Shown here in pieces: positions 60,162 to 64,000 of a DNA stretch of 64,000 nt. The first letter of the stretch is position 1. Each line of letters opens with the position of its first letter. The notes beneath the pieces are model-generated. The model saw only the letters and a program-made list of their open reading frames with translations, had not been told where the DNA came from and ran no database searches. The position numbers were made by a program, and so were the translations under genes. The DNA is from Klebsormidium nitens (taxonomy: Eukaryota > Plantae > Klebsormidiophyceae): the NCBI GenBank assembly GCA_000708835.1, contig DF237452.1:3856-67855 (forward strand), in the 5' to 3' direction.

Positions 60162-61673
60162 CAGGGTCGGTCACTTTGTACGGAGGAATAAGGGCCGGTC
60201 AGTCACTAGTGTAGCAGCACAAAGTGTACAATGGCTAGAAAGCGTTTCGCTTAGATCGTGGCTTGACTCTAGGCTCGTGAGTCGAGAGGCTCGCAAGAGG
60301 GGGGCGCAAGGGGCGCTTTCCTCAAGTAGATTGTAGAGTCGCTTAACACAGAAAAGCTGCAGGATCAACTCGGAAGGTAGACTTAGCCCGCTTGATCACG
60401 CGTTCGGGCTCAATTGTTTGTGCATCTTCAATTGTCGTTGTTTGCAAGGATGGCCTCTGGATGTTCCCTTGTAAGCCCGTCGCGTCGATTCAAAATCATG
60501 ACCAATCATCATTGCGCGCGCCGCGTGACGCACATGAGCGAGCATTTGACTCATGCTGGCACGTCAGCCGCCAGCCGCTTGTATGTTCCGATGTTGTTGT
60601 GATGAAATCATGTTGAGCTATGGTCGGATATAGACTGCCTTCACGAGCGGCTTCCAGTGTACTGGCTGGGCGGCACCGTATATGCGCGCGCAGGCGGCGG
60701 GCCAGGTCCGCCGCACATGCATGCACTGGTGCCGCGGCCGTGAAGCATCATTCATTTTGATACGCGCGGTTGAAGTTACTGGTTATGTACGTGTTGAACA
60801 TATACCTTGCATTACTTGCAACCTGGCGTCAATTGAGCGTTTGATCACGTATCTACATGTACGTGCCGATATATCATGTCATGCACCCTACACGCTAGAT
60901 GAAAATCGCGGACCCGTCGCGGCTTGGGCGCTCAAAAAGGGCAGGCCGAGAGCTCTCTGGCCTCATGGCCGGAGGTCATGTTGCCCTTGCTACATAAGAT
61001 AGGCAATGACTATGTTTCGCCCTCAGTAGTGATAGTTGAAGCTAGGTAGCCGGATCGGATTGATATAATCAGAAACTTGCTTGAGCATAGACTCACGGCC
61101 GGCATGCATGGTAATTGTGCTAGATGGTCGCTCTTGCCCCGGAGACGTACCGGCGGTTCAGGGTGCGCCGTTTAATCCTCCGTTCAAAGCTGACTCGTCA
61201 ATACCTAGTGGCAACATGGGAATGCGCACTGAGACTGTCATCATCATCGCGTCACGGTTCAACTTCAATGCGCGTGACAGGAGACCGGGCTATATTATGC
61301 GGGCAGCTCTGAGCGCAAGCGAGCCAATGAAATTAAGATGGTCTAGTGGCCTTCAGCGCGTCGCAGTTGCGTAACAGGCGCGCAGCCGCACTGCTTTTGA
61401 ACGCGAGCGAAACCCCGAACCCCAGAACCCCGGCTTTACAAAACCCCTCCCCTCTAGCAGCGCCGGCGCGCGGCGCGCCGGCCCGTCCGACTCGGATCCG
61501 GGTGCACGCGCGGGCGCCCATGCAGCCGACTTTGCCCGCGTCACGGTCGAGACAAGAATACCTGGTAGCGTATACCTGGTACGATACCCAAAGCTGAGGC
61601 ACTCTGACATCCTGTGAAGAAAGCATTCGAGGTTCTCCGCTAGCTAGGCGTCTGGCAAACCCGAGTTTGCGTC

Positions 61674-63233
61674 ATGGAGACCCATAAAACCAGCTGCAAG
61701 AATCAAAGTTGGAGTAACGATATGGCGCATCCGGAGAGAACCTGCCACTTAGACCGTCTCCCACCTGTTGTACTTCAGGACATCCTTCATAGGGCCGCTT
61801 GCCGTCGGGATCCCAAGGATGACAGATACATGGCCATTGAGGAGAAGGATTCGTCCGTCAATCCCTGGATGAAATGGGCGCAAGTCACACAGCTATGCAA
61901 CTTACAGACCGTTTCCAAGCACTTTCATCAAGTAGCTTCTACCGTTCAGAACCTGCAGTGTAGGATCAGTCCCTTCACCTTCAAGAGCGATTTGAGTAAA
62001 CTTGCTGGATTCTTGGAGAAAGCTAGGTGTGCAAAGGGCCTCAGAATCGTACTCAGACGCAGAGACGCGGACTCCCTCAGTGCCGCAGAGTTGTGGAGAG
62101 TCAACTGGGGCGTTCCTTTGCAGCCTTCGGACCTCTTTGACAAAAATTCTGAGGTGTTTCAGAACTTGTTCCTTCAGGCTCCTTGTCTTGAGCAGTTTTC
62201 CGTAATCTGGGATGTTTCTTCGAGGCCCCCTGGGGTTCTGGGTCCGGAGAAGGAGGAAAGCTTAGGAGCAGAGCTAAGCGCCAACATGCTCAGAGCCCTC
62301 GCCGCAAATTGCCCGCAGCTGAAGTCCCTCACATTAGCCAACCAGCGCTTTCAATACAGTATCAATCAGTCCCTGCGGTTTCCCTACCTGGCAGCGACCT
62401 GGAACTTAGGCTCAGTGTGCACGCCGTTCGTCCGACTGAAAAGGCTGACCATACAGTTGGCTGCGCAGGATGCTCAAGCAATGTCAACCCTCGTGAGAAT
62501 GTGTCCAGTTCTGCAAGAGCTGAAAATCGTTCACTTGAGCACTCCTTCTGACGTCGATGGAAAGTCCAACCGCTTACAGTTGGAGGCAGAGAGGCTGGAG
62601 GTGTTGGATATACGCCTTTTCTGTGATAGTACGTTGCTAGACATCCGCACGCCAAAGCTACACAAATTGGCACTCTGGACGGGTTTCGGGCTCCAGGCAC
62701 CCGTTGTGATTGATGCACCCAGCTTGAGGGTTCTGGAAATTGATGGTTCGGTTAAAGTAACCGCCTTAGCACACTGGAAGCTGGAGCGCCTTGTGGTCCG
62801 AGTAAACGGAGATAACCGCTGCGTATGGGACTGCAACGGTTCTCTCCATGAGGCCGTTCAAAGTTGCCTAGGCTTGACTTGTCTGATCTTTGATACGGAC
62901 GAGGCTGTCATCGGGACTGCGCCTGTCCTTATCAAAGGGCTTGGACTAGAGCTAGAACACTTAGAGGTTCCCAGTGAGGCGTTGCTGGACACGTGTCGAG
63001 AGATAAGAGGGCCAGTAAAGCTGCCGGAGCTGAAGAAGCTGACGGTCTCATTCCATCCCAATTGGGGGTGTGACGTCGTAGAGAGCAACACTCTGGAACT
63101 TGTTCAATTGGTTGAAGGTTTTCCGAAGTTGGACAATTTGAGGTTGAGGTGTAGCGGAAGCTTCACAGCAAGGTCTGTTAACGCATTGCTAGCGCTTCGG
63201 GACAGACGTCCTGCGCTTGGATTGATCTTGTAG
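61674..63233 (+). CDS. Intronless F-box / leucine-rich-repeat protein, 519 aa
   Basis: Uninterrupted 519-aa ORF. F-box-like start HLDRLPPVVLQDILHRAAC...NLQTVSKHF, followed by LRR-like repeats (ANCPQLKSLTL, RMCPVLQELKI, IRTPKLHKLAL, IDAPSLRVLEI, LPELKKLTV, GFPKLDNLRL). Confidence 0.85.
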   Translation: METHKTSCKNQSWSNDMAHPERTCHLDRLPPVVLQDILHRAACRRDPKDDRYMAIEEKDSSVNPWMKWAQVTQLCNLQTVSKHFHQVASTVQNLQCRISPFTFKSDLSKLAGFLEKARCAKGLRIVLRRRDADSLSAAELWRVNWGVPLQPSDLFDKNSEVFQNLFLQAPCLEQFSVIWDVSSRPPGVLGPEKEESLGAELSANMLRALAANCPQLKSLTLANQRFQYSINQSLRFPYLAATWNLGSVCTPFVRLKRLTIQLAAQDAQAMSTLVRMCPVLQELKIVHLSTPSDVDGKSNRLQLEAERLEVLDIRLFCDSTLLDIRTPKLHKLALWTGFGLQAPVVIDAPSLRVLEIDGSVKVTALAHWKLERLVVRVNGDNRCVWDCNGSLHEAVQSCLGLTCLIFDTDEAVIGTAPVLIKGLGLELEHLEVPSEALLDTCREIRGPVKLPELKKLTVSFHPNWGCDVVESNTLELVQLVEGFPKLDNLRLRCSGSFTARSVNALLALRDRRPALGLIL

Positions 63234-64000
63234 AGGAACCTGCTCTTACCTCATTTGAAAGTCAGACGGCTCCAGCTCTAAAGGAACAAACTGGAGAGTA
63301 GAAGTTAGGGACATATTCCAAAATTCAGATACCAAATGTTTTTGGGCATAACATTTGGTAGATGGTTTACATGCAAGAATGAACCTGATCGGGGAAAGAC
63401 CGTCATATGAACGGATCGTGATAGGTTTACTCCTCTGCATATAAAAAGGTAGTTGCCTGTGAGAACTCTCTGGTGGCACCTCTACGTCCGTCTTTTTGTA
63501 GACCGTCGAATGGCTTGCACTGCAGAGCCGTTCATCAATATGGTGTCAGGCCGGCATCATCATGGTACTCAATGAAGCTTTACCTATGTAGCTTGCATCT
63601 GAACAGTGCCACGGTGTCCTCAGAAGTTACACAAAAACTATCTCGGTTGTAGCAGATGTGTTCCCGCTTTTGAAACATCATTGACTTCCATCTTGATATC
63701 AAGTTCGTGTCAAGTGGAGGGAGTAAAACGAATAGTCTCCAATCGAACGGGTTTTGTGAATGTCTGCTACAGGCTAGGCTACTGCAGAATCTCCGCTCAA
63801 ACCATCGGCCATCGGGGCAGCAATTCCACATGCCATGATCTAGCTGCGCATTTTGAATGTGGCTATAACATTGTAAACCTTAGTGCATCACGCCGGCCGG
63901 GACTAAAAGTAAGGTAGCTTCAATCAAGTAACTTCAGCTATACACCCGGGTCAACAAGTTTTGTAACCAAACCCGGATGACGTGGCAACTCCGACGGGTT

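Overview
Eukaryotic, intron-rich nuclear DNA. The gene families, intron sizes and GT-AG sites suggest a streptophyte green alga such as Klebsormidium; this is an inference. I built spliced models by hand and checked intron phases for seven genes: a 5'-truncated UBA/coiled-coil/PUB protein (+), a nucleoside hydrolase with a long N-terminal extension (-), an EGF-containing exostosin/GT47 glycosyltransferase (+), a GT71-type alpha-mannosyltransferase fused to two Cys-rich knottin-like repeats (-), a secreted non-specific phospholipase C (-), a membrane-anchored protein with two tandem NTF2/SnoaL-like domains (-) and an intronless F-box/LRR gene (+). There is also one small hypothetical spliced gene. 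Mobile and repeat content: a MITE-like element, a 5'-truncated RLE-type (CRE-like) non-LTR retrotransposon with an (ATTGAT)6 tail, a CCGATAAG/CTTATCGG inverted-repeat array, GTAC-palindrome patches and two assembly gaps. The most striking unexplained pattern is in the introns. Five genes carry progressively decayed tandem copies ('echoes') of their own exon-intron junctions, and some copies keep intact, in-frame splice sites.
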